Assembly (NCBI GenBank): GCA_030390025.1
Contig: CM059438.1
Coordinates: 68,202,001 to 68,266,000, forward strand
Direction: 5' to 3'
Source: Squalus acanthias
Taxonomy: Eukaryota
DNA length: 64,000 bases
The notes under the pieces are model-generated. The model was not told where the DNA came from. It made no database searches and was given only the letters and a program-made list of their open reading frames with translations. Shown one piece after another: positions 25,270 to 38,048 of this stretch. The position numbers and the translations under genes were made by a program. Position 1 is the stretch's first letter. The number at the start of each line of letters is the position of its first letter.

Positions 25270-25419
25270 ACCTTGTCCAAATCTGAATTTTGCGGGGAGT
25301 TTTTCTTTGGTGTCTGCCCATGTTTCTTATGCATCAGTTCCAAGATGAGACTTTTCACCGTTTCTGAAAGAGGGTCGCAGTATGAACAACAACTGAACTC
25401 TGACAGACAACTTAACATC

Positions 25420-28400
25420 CTGATGTTCAGGAAAGATAGGGAAGGAAAGAAAGGAGTTGGGGTGACCGTATTGGTTAAGGAGAATGTTACAGTGCTGGAG
25501 AGAGAGGATGTCCTGGAGGGGTCAAGGACAGATTCTATTTGGTTAGAGTTAAGGAATAATAGAGGTGCCATTACACAACAAGGTGTATTCTATAGGCCAC
25601 CAACTAGTAGGAAAGATATAGAGGAGAAAATTTGTAGGGAAATTTCAGGAAGGTGCAAGAACTATAGCGTAGTAATAATGGGGGACTTCAATTCTCCTAA
25701 TATTGACTGGGGTAGTAATAGTGCAAAGGGCGGAGAGGGGGAAGAATTTCTGAAGTGTGTTCAGGAGGACTTTCTTGATCAGTACATTTCCGGCCTAACG
25801 AGGAAGGAGGTCTTGCTGGATCTGGTTCTGGGGAATGAGGTGGGTCAAGTGGAGCAAGTGTCAATAGGGGAACATTTAGGGAACAGTGATCATAGTATCA
25901 TAAGGTTTATATTAGCTATCGAAAAGGACAGGGAGCAATCTAGAGTAACAATATTTAATTGGTGGAAGGCCAATTTCAGTGGGTTGAGAACGGATCTAGC
26001 CCGGGTAAATTGGAATCAAAGATTGGCAGGTAAAACTGTTATCGAACAATGGGCTGCCTTCAAAGAGGAGATGGTTCGGGTACAGTCTAGGTACATTCCC
26101 ACGAGGGGGAAAAGTAAGGCAACTAAAGCCAGAGCTCCCTGGATGACAAAAGAGATAGAGAGTAACATCAAGCAGAAAAAGAGTGCGTATGACGAATGTC
26201 AGGTTGAGAATACAAGTGAGAATCAGGCTGAATATAGAAAGTTCAGAGGGGAAGTGAAAAAGAAAATAAGAGGGGCAAAGAGAGAGTATGAGAATAGATT
26301 GGCAGCTAACATTAAAGGTAATTCAAAAGTCTTCGATAGACATATAAATAATAAATGGGTAGTAAGAGGAGAGGTGGGGCCGATTAGAGACCAAAATGGA
26401 GACCTTCGCATGGAGGCAGAGGGCATGGCTGAGGTACTAAATTAATACTTTGCATCTGTCTTCACCAAGGAAGAAGATGCTGCCTAAGTCATAGTGAAAG
26501 AGGAGGTAGTGGAGTTACTGGATGAGATACAAATTGATAAAGAGGAGGTAGTAGAAAGACTGTCTGTACTTAAAGTTGATAAGTCACCAGGACCGGATGC
26601 AATGCATCCTAGGATGCTGAGGGAGGTTAAGGAGGAACTCGCGGAGGTACTCCCCATAATCTTCCAATCCTCCTTAGATACGGGAATGGTGCCAGAGGAC
26701 TGGAGAATTGCAAAGGTTACACCCTTGTTCAAAAAAGAGTGTAAGTTTAAACCCAGCAACTACAGGCCAGTCAGTTTAACCTCAGTAATTGGGAAGCTTT
26801 TAGAAAGGATAATCAGGGACAAAGTTAACAGTCACTTGGACAAGTGTGGATTAATTAAGGAAAACCAGCACGGATTTGTTAAAGGCAAATCGTGTTTAAC
26901 TAACTTGATCGAGTTTTTTGATGAGGTAACAGAGAGGGTTGATGAGGGCAATGCAGTTGACATGGTGTATATGGATTTCCAAAAGGCGTTCGACAAAGTG
27001 CCACATAATAGGCTTGCCAACAAAGTTGAAGCCCATGGAATAAAAGGGACAGTAGCAGCATGGATACGAAATTGGCTAAGTGACAGGAAACAGAGAGTAG
27101 TGGTGAACGGTTGTTTTTCGGACTGGAGGAAGCTATACAGTGATATTCCCCAGGGGTCGGTACTAGGACCACTGCTATTCTTGAAATATGATGGCCTAGA
27201 AATTCCGTTCCCTACGGGTGTGTACGCGCAGTGTACTCACCCGTAGGGCCAACGGAAGTGCCGGTTTTACGCATGCACTGCGCATGCGCTGGAAACCGGC
27301 ACTTCCGTTCTCTGCAGAAAGGGCTTGACTGGACAAACGCCTGCGCCGGATAGGCAGCGCATACGGCAGAAACTTCCGTTTTTTTCACACTGGCTTGAGT
27401 CCAGGTAAGTCAGGAACAGCTGCGCTTAGAAAAGCAGGCGCAAGGCTCGCTTTTAGCAGGCTAATAGTTTAATAAAGTAAAAAAAAAAAAATTTCCACTG
27501 ATTTATCATTTTAAAATACTTTAAAAAAAGGTAAGTTTATTTTTAGCCCCGTTAAAAACTTTAATTATTTTTTTCAAAAATTTACATTTTTGTTTAAAAT
27601 AGTTAATTTACGTAATTTATAGTCATTTTAAAATGTGATTTTTAAAAAAAAAATGTATTTGAAGTTTTACTTATGTTTTGGGGCTGATATCTATTCATAG
27701 ATTTGACAGGTCTTCCTGTCAAATCTATGAATGGAGATTCCCTGCTCTGATAGGCTCCCCATGGCCCATGTGATCCCAGGGACGCTGCGAACTACCTGCA
27801 CCCCTGGGATACGTGTGCCCTGTACACCGACAGTTTGAAGAGGCACAGCAACGGAATTCTGCGCCTCCCGGGAGCCCTCCGGTCCAGGCGCAGATTTTTC
27901 CGAATCGCAGCCCTCCGCCCGTGGGAGGGCTGCGAACGGAATTTCTGGGCCATTAATGACTTAGACTTGGGAGTACAGGGTACAATTTCAAAATCTGCAG
28001 ATGACACAAAACTTGGAAGTATAATTAACAGTGAGGAGGATAGTGATAGACTACAAGAGGACATAGACAGGCTGGTGAAATGGGCAGACACGTGACAGAT
28101 GAAATTTAATGCAGAAAAGTGCAAAGTGATACATTTTGGTAGGAAGAATGAGGAGTGGCAATATAAACTAAAGGGTACAATCCTAAAGGGGGTGCATGAA
28201 CAGAGAGACCTGGGGGTATATGTGCACAAATCGTTGAAAGTTGCACGACAGGTTGAGAAAGCAGTTAATAAAGCATATGGGATCCTGGGCTTCATAAATA
28301 GAAGCGAGTACAAAAGCAAGGAAGTTATGATGAACCTTTATAAAACACTGGTTCAGTCTCAACTGGAGTATTGTGTCCAATTCTGGGCACCGCACTTTAG

Positions 28401-28912
28401 GAAGGATGTGAAGGCCATAGAGAGGGTGCAGAAAAGATTTACAAGAATGGTTCCAGGATGAGGGACTTCAGTTATGTGGATAGACTAGAGAAGCTGGGGT
28501 TGTTCTCCTTGGAGCAGAGAAGGTTGAGAGGAGATTTGATAGAGGTGTTCAAAATCATTAGGGCTCTAGACAGAGTAGAGAGAGAGAAACTGTTCCCATT
28601 GGCAGAAGGGTCGAGAACCAGAGGACACAGTTTTAAGGTGATTAGCAAAAGAACCAAAGGCGACTTGAGGAAAAACGTTTTTACGCATCGAGTGGTTAGG
28701 ATCTGGATTGCACTGCCTGAAAGGGTGATGGAGGCAGACTCAATCGTGGCTTTCAAAAGGGAGTTGGATAAGTACCTGAAGGAAAAACATTTGCTGGGCT
28801 ACGGGGAAAGGGCGGGGGAGTGGGACTAGCTGAAGTGCTCTTGCAGAGAGCCGGCACGGGCTTGATTGGCCGAATGGCCTCCTTCTGTGCTGTAACCATT
28901 CTATGATTCTAT
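25420..28912 (+). mobile_element. CR1 LINE ORF2 (APE endonuclease plus RT) with stops and a frameshift, interrupted by a MITE
   Basis: [67 protein letters not shown] tail. Confidence 0.96.
27193..27951. mobile_element. Harbinger-type MITE with AT-rich core, inserted in the CR1 RT domain
   Basis: 18-bp TIRs GGCCTAGAAATTCCGTTC / GGCCCAGAAATTCCGTTC. CR1 coding sequence (LLFL.Y | INDLD) resumes directly after it. Confidence 0.92.
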
Positions 28913-30419
28913 TCAGCAAAACCATTGAGAATAAATGCACTTGTCGCAATGTGATTAAAACATTTAAATGTTATTTCTGCTGACCAACACCTGCTTTCAG
29001 GAGGAAAGTACTCCGGTCATCGACCTGAAACGTTAACTGTTTTTCAGCACTTTTTTGTGACTCCTTTCAGGTATCTTGCATCCAAAAAAAGCTTTCATCA
29101 CGCTGCGTCTTAAACATTTGAAAAATGTAGTCGACAGATGGACACACAGAATGAAATCTGATACAGTGTTTCAGCAGGCCTCGCACCATTCAGAGGGGAT
29201 TTCTGAGTCTTGTTTAGGTGCCAATATGTCTTATTTTGAACTTGAAAATTAAACCGACCATTTTGGCACTGCTAACAAATGGTTGTTTTGAAATTCAAAA
29301 TGTGCTTGTCGTGTCGCTTTCTGAAAGCATTAGCTTTTTTTTTGCTGATTCTTATTGCAAAGTCCCTGTGAAATTAAATCAAAGCACCCTGGGTTCCAAG
29401 TCTGAAAATAAAATGCAGAGGCTGTAATTATTGTTTGCTAAGCTGTGCACCCCTATTGATCTGGTGATTATAAAGTTGGTGTCAAAACTCCAGATGCCTG
29501 TGAGGTTTCTTTTTCATAATTATGTACAGTACAGTTGACTGAAGAAGAGCGAGTGGCAAAACCCCAAGTGCATCCTTTCTTATTGGCATCCGTTAATATG
29601 CATCAGTGGAGCATTGTTAATGACCTGGTATGAAATGAGATGAGATCAACTCCAGGAAGTGTAGAGGATCATCTATTATCTGTGTGGTCGGAAATACCAG
29701 GGCAAACGTAGGTATGTTTTATTCCTTTTATAAGAGGCTTTCAATAAATGGGTTGCTGGGAGTTAGGCAATTTTTGTGCGTAATTCTTTTTTCCCAATAA
29801 AGTACAATTGAATCAGTTGGAATTAAGGTGGCTGAGGTAGTGCATCAGATGGTAAGAGATCTGTCACTTGCCTATTGGTGCCCTCAGTACAAGGCTTTCT
29901 ACATTTGCAGCAGCCATCAGCGGTTACGTTTGTGAGAAAACTGTCCTTATTTAAATTGCCTAATGCCGCAGGCTTGCTCTTGTTAATTAACGTAGTAAAA
30001 GGGCAGTTATATATAATGGTTCGAGATGAAGAAAATAAATCCCTGTAACCAGACCTTAATTAATACTGCGCCGATGTTGACTTTGTCGGTAAGGATTCAG
30101 GAACGCGTTGACATTTGAATTAAGTATAAACTAATTTTATTCCATTTACATCGTTCGGCTTGTATGAAAATACCTGGGTTTTAACTATTGGCTGGCCGAT
30201 TGGCGAAGCCAGCCAGCTGCTCGATAACGCCGATGGGAGGCCTGGTCCATTTTGAGGGCCGAGCCTCATTACCCTGCTGCCAGTGAGCGTCAAGTGGGAA
30301 ACCCTGCTACAGCTCGCCGGCTCTTGGCCGGCACCCAGAGAACAACCCGGCCGGCCGGAATCGAGACTGCTCCGGGAGGGGCCTTTCGTGGAGGGTGGGC
30401 TGCGTGGAATCAGGTGCAG

Positions 30420-30540
30420 CAGCACCTTGTCGCCGGTCCTCATGACTCCTTCTTTGGCACAGTGTTCTGTTTTTGTCTGTGAAGCCCCTCGGCACATTTT
30501 GCTACGTTAAAGGTGCTATGCAAATGCAAGTTGTTGTTGC
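30420..30540 (+). mobile_element. L2/SINE 3' tail fragment
   Basis: CTACGTTAAAGGTGCTATGCAAATGCAAGTTGTTGTTG matches the L2 end at 62060-62097. Confidence 0.7.
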
Positions 30541-31339
30541 TAACTAGTGAAGGACCAAGACAACAGTTGCCCCTGTTTACCAGCTTTCAGGACTTACAAG
30601 GGACAATCACTCAAGTCAGACTTTCCTGGTGACAAACGCAATGAGCACTTGATATTGTGAAGTATGTTTTCACCGACACATCCTGCAGTGTTATTGCTGA
30701 CACCGGCACATATATCATCTAAATCTCATCCATATGTCATCTGGGAGATTCTGCCATTTGTACAGGAGCCATATCTATCTATGGGAGCTGTGGACCTGTA
30801 CAAACATCCTCTACCTACTTTAGCTGCTGGACAAAATGATTGCAGGACACTGCTCCATTAACGCAGCTCATATTTAAATATCAGCAGCTGTGCTATGCTC
30901 AACTTGCAACTGTTCCAATTTACACACAATTTGGCACTCAGACATATAGATTGTGAGATGCAAGTTAATTAGTACCTTTTACCCAATAATTGATGTATGT
31001 ACAAAACACGTAAGCCACTGAAAACTAACAATCATTCTATAGAGTGCGAGTAACAAATGATAATTATTTGGGCTTAAGGGGTGTGCCTTGTGCACTCATG
31101 ATTTCAAGGTTTTTCTTTGTATCACAGTATCAGTACCCGTGATGAAATGCACATCCACCCCCGAAGCTGCAGGCACTGCGGCCATGTGGATGGTGGCAGC
31201 CATGTGAGCTCTAAATAAGTGGTCACATGTGCCCCTGATTAAACAAACAGGCAAGGAGATTACAGAGACCCAAGGTTTCAGATCAGGGGCATACTGTCGA
31301 GAGAGAGAATTAGGTTCCATCGTTGTTCCTTTTCTAAAA

Positions 31340-31545
31340 TAACCAATAAGGAGACACCCAGTGTCATCAACTGAAAAAAACAAATAAGGGTGCCCTCTTT
31401 TTAATCGGGCACCACTAATAAAAAACTTGACCATGAAGGATAAAAGGAAACTTATCAAACTAAATACAAACATGGTTCTGGACATCCACTACAAGCTCCA
31501 GTCGCTGCGGTGCCCACTGGTCGCGGAAGGTCTCAAGCATCAGTC
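31340..31545 (-). mobile_element. Possible Tx1/L1-like LINE extreme 3' fragment
   Basis: LETFRDQWAPQRLE resembles, from recall, a Tx1-like ORF2 C-terminus; followed by a T-rich 3' UTR with a short hairpin. Confidence 0.45.
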
Positions 31546-31811
31546 CCATCGGAGACTTGTGTGCCAAGTTTGAAGGAAGTGTATTTTGTTCGGTGAATGT
31601 AACATTAAAGGTGCGCTGGAGCACTGAACGGCCTTCGGTTGACTGGACTGAATTGGTTTCGAGAGCACAAGTGCTGGCCACCCTGAGTCAAGGTGCACTC
31701 GATCACATACCTTAATTAGTTGTGATCAGTTTTACTGTGGCTACCAAATCAGAAGACTAAACTTCAACATTTTATCTTCTTCTTAATCCTTACCTTTATA
31801 ATTTATAATTC

Positions 31812-33035
31812 TAAGTTTTTTGATGAGGTCACGGAGAGGGTAGATGAGGGCAGGGTAGTTGATGTTGTGTATATGGACTCTAAAAAGGCGTTTGATAAAG
31901 TACCACATATTAGGCTTGTTAGCAAAATTGAAGCCCATAGGATAAAAGGGGCAGTAGCAGCAGGGATACAATATTGGCGAAGGGATAGAAAACAGAGAGT
32001 TGTGGTGAATGACTGTTTTTTAGACTGGAGGGAGGTATACAGTGCCTGTTTCCCAGGGTTCAGTACTAGGACCAGGTTTTTTGATATCATTAATGGCTTG
32101 AACTTGGGGGTACAGGGCACAATTTTGAAAGTTGCAGATGACACGAAGTATAGTAAACAGTGAGGACGATAGTAATAGACTTCAAGAGGACATAGAGAGG
32201 CTGGTGGAATGGGCGGACACATGACAAATGAAATTCAACACAGAAATATGTAATGAGACATTTTGGTAGGTTGAATGAGGAGAAACAATACAAGCTAAAT
32301 GGTACAATTTTAAAGGGGGTGCAAGAAGAGAGAGACCCCGGGGTGTTTGTGCAGATATCTTTTAAGGTGGCAGGACAGGTCAACACAGCAATTAATAAAG
32401 CAAATGGTTCCTGGGCTTTATAACTAGAGGCATAGAGTACAAAAGCCAGGAGGTTATGCTAAACCTCTATAAACACTAGTTCGGCCCCACCCCAGCTGGA
32501 GTATTGTGTCCAATTCTGGACACCACACTTTAGGAAGGATGTCAAGGCCTTGGAGAGGGTACAGAAGAGATTTACTAGAATGGTTCCAGGGATGAGGACC
32601 GTGGATAGACTGGAGATGCTGGGGTTGTTCTCCTTAGAACAGAGAAGACTAAGAGGAGATTTGATAGAGATGTTTAAAATCAAGAAGCATTTAGATAGAG
32701 TAAAAAAACAAAAACTGTTTCCAATGACTGAAGAGTCTGTAACCAGAGGGCAGAGTTTAAGGTGATTGGCAAAAGAACTAGAGGCAACATGAGGAAAATC
32801 TTTTTTACACAATGACTGGTTAGGATTTGGAATGCACCGCCTGGTGGGTGGTGAAAACAGATTTAATAGTAGCTTTCAAAAGGGAATTGGATAAATACTT
32901 GAAGGAGAAAAAAATTGCAGGGATATGGGGAAAGAGCGGGGGAGTGGGACGAACTGGATTGCTCTTCGAAAGAGCCGGAGCAGACTCAATGGGCTGAATG
33001 GCCTCCTTCTGTGCTGTACTATTCTATGGTTCTAA
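31812..33035 (+). mobile_element. 5'-truncated CR1 LINE, decayed
   Basis: YMDSKKAFDKVPH, VADDTK, RRLRGDLIEMFK; ATTCTATG-type tail. Confidence 0.93.
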
Positions 33036-33154
33036 GTGAAATTCTTGATTGTCTCCAGATATATAGACTTTCCTTTTCTGTGGGTTATCAACAGAGTTTG
33101 TTGATTCAGAGTTTTGTTACCAGTCTTGATGTTGATGTGTTCACTGGCCTTCCT

Positions 33155-34862
33155 CATAGAAACATAGAAACATAGAAGATAGGAGCAGGAGTAGGCCATT
33201 CGGCCCCTCGAGCCTGCTCCGCCATTTAATGAGATCATGGCTGATCATCCAAATTCAGTACCCTGTCCCTGCTTTCTCCCCAAATCCCTTGATCCCTTTA
33301 GCCTTAAGAAATATATCTAACTCCTTCTTGAATATATTTAATGAATTGGCCTCAACTGCCTTCTGTGGTAGAGAATTCCACAGGTTCACCACTCTCTGGG
33401 TGAAGGAATTCCTCCTCATCTCAGTCCTAAATGGCTTACCCCTTATCCTTAGACTGTGACCCCTGGTTCTGGACTCCCCCGACATCGGGAACATCCTTCC
33501 TGCATCTAGTCTGTCTAGTCCTGTTAGAATTTTATAAGTTTCAATGAAATCCCCTCTCATTCTTCTAAACTCGAGCGAATACAAGCCCAATCGTCCCAAT
33601 CTCTCTTCATACGTCATTCCTGCCATCCCAGGTATCAGTCTGGTGAATCTTCATTGCACTCCCTCCATGGCAAGAACATCCTTCCTCAGATAAGGCGACC
33701 AAAACTGCACACAATACTCAAGGTGTGGGCTCACCAAGGCCCTGTACAACTGCAGCAAGACATCCTTGCTCCTGTACTTGAATTCTCTTGCTATGAAGGC
33801 CAACATATCTTTTGCTTTCTTAACCGCCTGCTGCACCTGCATGCTTACCTTCAGCGACTGGTGCACAAGGACTCACAGGTCTCGTTGCACTTCCCCTTTT
33901 CCCAATCTATTGCCATTCAGATAATAATCTGCCTTCCTGTTTTTGCCACCAAAGTGGATAACCTTGCATTTATCCACATTATACTGTATCTGCCATGCAT
34001 CTGCCCAATCACCCAACTTGTCCAAATCATATTGGATTTTCTCTGCATCCTCCTCACAACACACACGCCCACCCAGCTTTGTGTCGTCTGCAAACTTGGA
34101 GATATTACATCTAGTTCCCTCGTCTAGATTATTAATATATATTGTGAATAACTGGGGTCCTAGCACCGATCCCTGCAGTACCCCACTAGTCACTGCCTGC
34201 CACTCGGAAAAAGACTCGTTTATTCCAACTCTTTGCTTCCTGTCTGCCAACCAGTTCTCTATCCAAGTCAGTACCTTACCCCCAATCCCATGTGCTTTAA
34301 ATTTGTACGCTAATCTCTTATGCGGGACCTTATCGAAAGCCTTCTGAAAGTCCAAATACACCACATCCACTGGTACTCCCTTATCTATTCTACCAGTTAC
34401 ATCCTCAAAAAATTCCAGTAGATTAGTCAAGCATGATTTACCTTTTGTAAATCCATGTTGACTTTGTCCGATCCTGTCACTGTTTTCCAAGTGCTCTGCT
34501 ATTACATCTTTTATAATGGACTCTAGCATTTTCCCCACTACCGATGTCAGGCTTACCGGTCTCTAATTCTCCTTTTTCTCTCTCCCACCTTTTTTAAATA
34601 GTGGGGTTACATTAGCTACCCTCCAATCCATGGGAACTGTTCCAGAGTCTATAGAATTTTGGAAAATGACCAGCAATGCATCTACTATTTCTAGGGCCAC
34701 TTCCTTAAATACCCTAGGATGTAGATTATCAGGCCCTGGGGATTTATCGGCCTTCAATCCCGTCAATTTCCCTAACACCATTTCCCTACAAATACTGATT
34801 TCATTCAGTTCCTCCCTCTCATTAGACCCTATGTTCCCCGACATCTCTGGGAGGTTATTTGT
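33155..34862 (-). mobile_element. 5'-truncated CR1 LINE (RT)
   Basis: KSPGPD, QHGF, DFQKAFDKV, QGSVLGP, FADDTK; (CATAGAAA)n tail. Confidence 0.95.
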
Positions 34863-35392
34863 GACTGGTTCTATCATCACGATTCTTTTGCTTAAATTGA
34901 TATCTTCCTCTGCAACTCTGTCTTTTGTTGTGGTTTGTTTGCATTTCATGCTTTTTCTTTCTTCTCATCCAATTTTACAGCTTAGCTTTTTTCATTTTAC
35001 TGGCTCATTTACAGTCAAACTTGATAATATAACAGCATTTGCTTCCCTTCCTGAGTGGCAATGATAGGATGAATAGTTAAAGATTAGCATTGTGGATGAT
35101 AATCGTGTATCTTTCAACAAGATGTACTTCTCTTCATTTTCTTGCCTTTCCTTTCCTGATGGCAACAACTCTTGCTGGATTGTGATTCCACAGGTGCCAG
35201 CATCATTCCAGTAACTCACTGAAGTGATCTTCCTTGAAGTGTGAGCTGTCACAATTAATGTCAGCAGGCTATTCTTTCATGGGGTTGATCCTGACCCTTT
35301 CTTCGCCTGATGCCCACACAGATAGCAATGAAGAGTGGGAGACTTGGCTGATTTTTCTTATTCCCCTGCTAGCCTAAGGTGCTGAGATCAAC

Positions 35393-35585
35393 TAAGAACA
35401 TAAGAACATAAGAAATAGGAGCAGGAGTAGGCCATTCGGCCCCTTGAGCCTGCTCCGTCATTCAATATGATCATGGCTGATCTGATCTTGGCCTCAACTC
35501 CACTTTCCTGCCTGATCCCCATAACCCTTGACTCCACTGTTCTTCAAAAATCTGTCTATCTCCGCCTTGAATATATTCAATGACT
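35393..35585 (-). mobile_element. CR1 3'-end fragment
   Basis: (TAAGAACA)n tail followed by ATAGGAGCAGGAGTAGGCCATTCGGCCC. Confidence 0.88.
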
Positions 35586-36524
35586 GTCATGTCCTAATTG
35601 AGATAAGCTAAGTCGGCACAGACCAGCAACAGAACCTGGGGACCTTCTGATCTCCAGGGTTTTGCACGGGTGATCTATCCCTCAGATCCATCAGGAAAGA
35701 CAACAGACTCCCTTTAAACTGTACATAATTACTGTTTCTCTGGTACCGCAAGTCTTCACGGAAAGGTGCAATGGCTTGGCACCAAACCTTGCTCCATCAG
35801 AAGCATTCATTCTAATGGATGAAAACCATCTTTTCCAGACCGTCTATGTGGTGTAATGGGGGAATTTTCTGACTGGACATTACCGGTAGTCAAGCCTCCC
35901 TGCCATTCAGTGAAAAGTCAGGAAACAACCCCTTGTGTGCTGTAATGTCTGTGTGGAACAGGCGGAATTATCATCGCATATCTTATCTCCATCCCGTGCA
36001 GGCAGATAGCCTGTTAAAGTCCTGTTTTTTTCTCAGCTACTTCAATATTTATTTGTTCAATATGGTTGTAATAAAGATGGATGTTTTCTTCCAGTTTGTT
36101 TATATTTATTTTCTTTTGTTCTCCACCCTTTGACAGTGACGCTGCATAGTTCAATTCCGGTGGGATATTGAGATTAATGGACTCTTAACTGTTCGTGCTG
36201 AGTATTTGCAATGCACAAGCTGTCACAACGCTGTGTGTGCGTGTAGGTGCTCCACAGTGGGACTCACGGCAGCAGTTAGCATTTGGACAAGCGGCATTAA
36301 TCTTCAAAATGATTCATTTGCTCATAAAACTGAGAGGAATAAACATGTTATTCAACTCTTAGTCGTATAAATAATGGATTTTGGTGTATCTGAAGAGAAT
36401 ATCATCGTGTCTTGCAGAAATTATTCAATTACCAGGCTGCGAATCTTAAAGGAGTAATTTATGAATTTGCATTCCCGACACAAGAATTAATGTTATTGGT
36501 CTTCCACGGCTGCCTTCTATGATT

Positions 36525-36719
36525 GGAAATACTCAGCGGGTGAGGCAGCATCTGTAGAGAGAGAAACAGAGTTAACGCTTCAGGTCGATGACCTTTCGTC
36601 AGAACAAAGGGTCATCGACCTGAAACGTTAACTCTGTTTCTCTCTCTATAGATGCTGCCTGACCTGCTGAGTATTTCCAGCATTTTCTGTTTTTATTTCA
36701 GATTTCCTGCATCCGCTTT
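36525..36719. mobile_element. Non-coding Penelope-like terminal fragment in inverted (fold-back) arrangement
   Basis: Both arms match 60720-60840. Flanked by 14-bp direct repeat TGCCTTCTATGATT (36511-36524 and 36720-36733). Confidence 0.85.
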
Positions 36720-36737
36720 TGCCTTCTATGATTCATT

Positions 36738-37624
36738 GGGGTAGAAATTAGGTTGCGCCCCGGGGCGCAACTATCGTCTGGACGCAAATATTAGCGCCTG
36801 GTGCTAATTATCGGCACTGACTGGAAACTTCACTTTTACCGCCCCGGGAGGTGAGTGGAGCGCTAAAGCAGGCGCTGCACACCTGTCTTAAGGCGCAAAG
36901 GCCAAGGAGTGAGGCGCTAACTCAGAGCGCTGGCGAAGCTCATGTAATGTCAGTCAGCAATGGAACACACACACAATGGCACGGGCCAGTTCTTAAAGGG
37001 GATGGTTAATCTTGCTTTCCATCCACATCCTGTTCATTGCAGACTTGAATCTCGGCCTGGAGAGACTTGCACATCAAATGTGCTGGAAAGAACAATGGAG
37101 AGTACCAGGCAAAGAGCTCAGAGTGCAGCTCCCACAGTCTCTGCTAAATCGATACAAGGAATGGCAAATCAAAATGAACCTGCAAAGTGCTGCTCAGTAC
37201 CCAAAACTCCTTCCCACAACGTTGAATCTCTCCAGAAGTCTCTCCCTCTATCTCTCAGAATGCGTAGTTCAAAAATGCCACCAACAATAAAAGACAGGAA
37301 GAGGCCCCCTTTAAATAGCGCCCCCCCCAGCCCCACAGCGATTGATAGCGTTCCAGTCTTCTGGTCGTTGGATGCGCCAGGCGGTAAGGCAGGGGGCGCC
37401 ACTCAATTTCTGCTCCGGGGCGCCACAAGGGCGTTGCACCATGGAATGACGTCACAATCTGCGCGCGCAGGTGGTCGCAGCGGTAAGTTTTAGCGCCGCC
37501 GCACAATCTCAAGTTAAGTTCTCGAGCGGCGCAAACATCGCTGCGCCCGGGCGTTAGCGGCTTTGCGCCCCATTAGCGCCCTCTTAAGGCGCTATGGAGG
37601 CGCAACCAACTGAATTTTTACCCC
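36738..37624. mobile_element. Harbinger-type MITE / deletion derivative
   Basis: TIRs GGGGTAGAAATT / GGGGTAAAAATT, TSD ATT, subterminal TTAGCGCC motifs. Confidence 0.9.
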
Positions 37625-38048
37625 ATTGGCTTCAGTCACTCCCATAAGGGGATCCCATGCTGCTTACGTGCTGGAGTTGACACACTAACACTGCTGAATT
37701 TTTACTTGTATGGTCGCATAACCCAGGAGATGTAACAATGTATCCTCTTTGACAGATAAACTGCATTTCACGTCTTTCGCACGCGCCCTCAAACATGCTG
37801 CTTCAATCCTTTCAAAGTCAGACTGAGAAAACATTTGGTAAGACAAGGCCAGGTTGATTCATTCGCTACTTTGTTTCATAAACAGCATGAGCATTCTGAA
37901 CAGCAGTTAGGCTGAGATTCATTTCATTCAATCAGTACAACTTGTCTTTGAGTTATAATAAAAAATAACAAACATGCCACGCTTCCTCACATAAATGGAT
38001 CATCTTATTTGACTTAAACAAAATAACTTCTAACTGTGCTCCTGCATT

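Noticed and set aside
29015..29040. Additional hammerhead (GGTCATCGACCTGAAACGTTAAC)
   Set aside because: Lacks the CUGANGA box and the 5' strand of helix I; remnant only.
35858..35932. Tiny MITE-like inverted repeat (similar hints at 13157-13200, 30174-30410, 46235-46570, 51590-51720)
   Set aside because: Termini too degenerate or unpaired and no convincing TSD, so boundaries cannot be supported.
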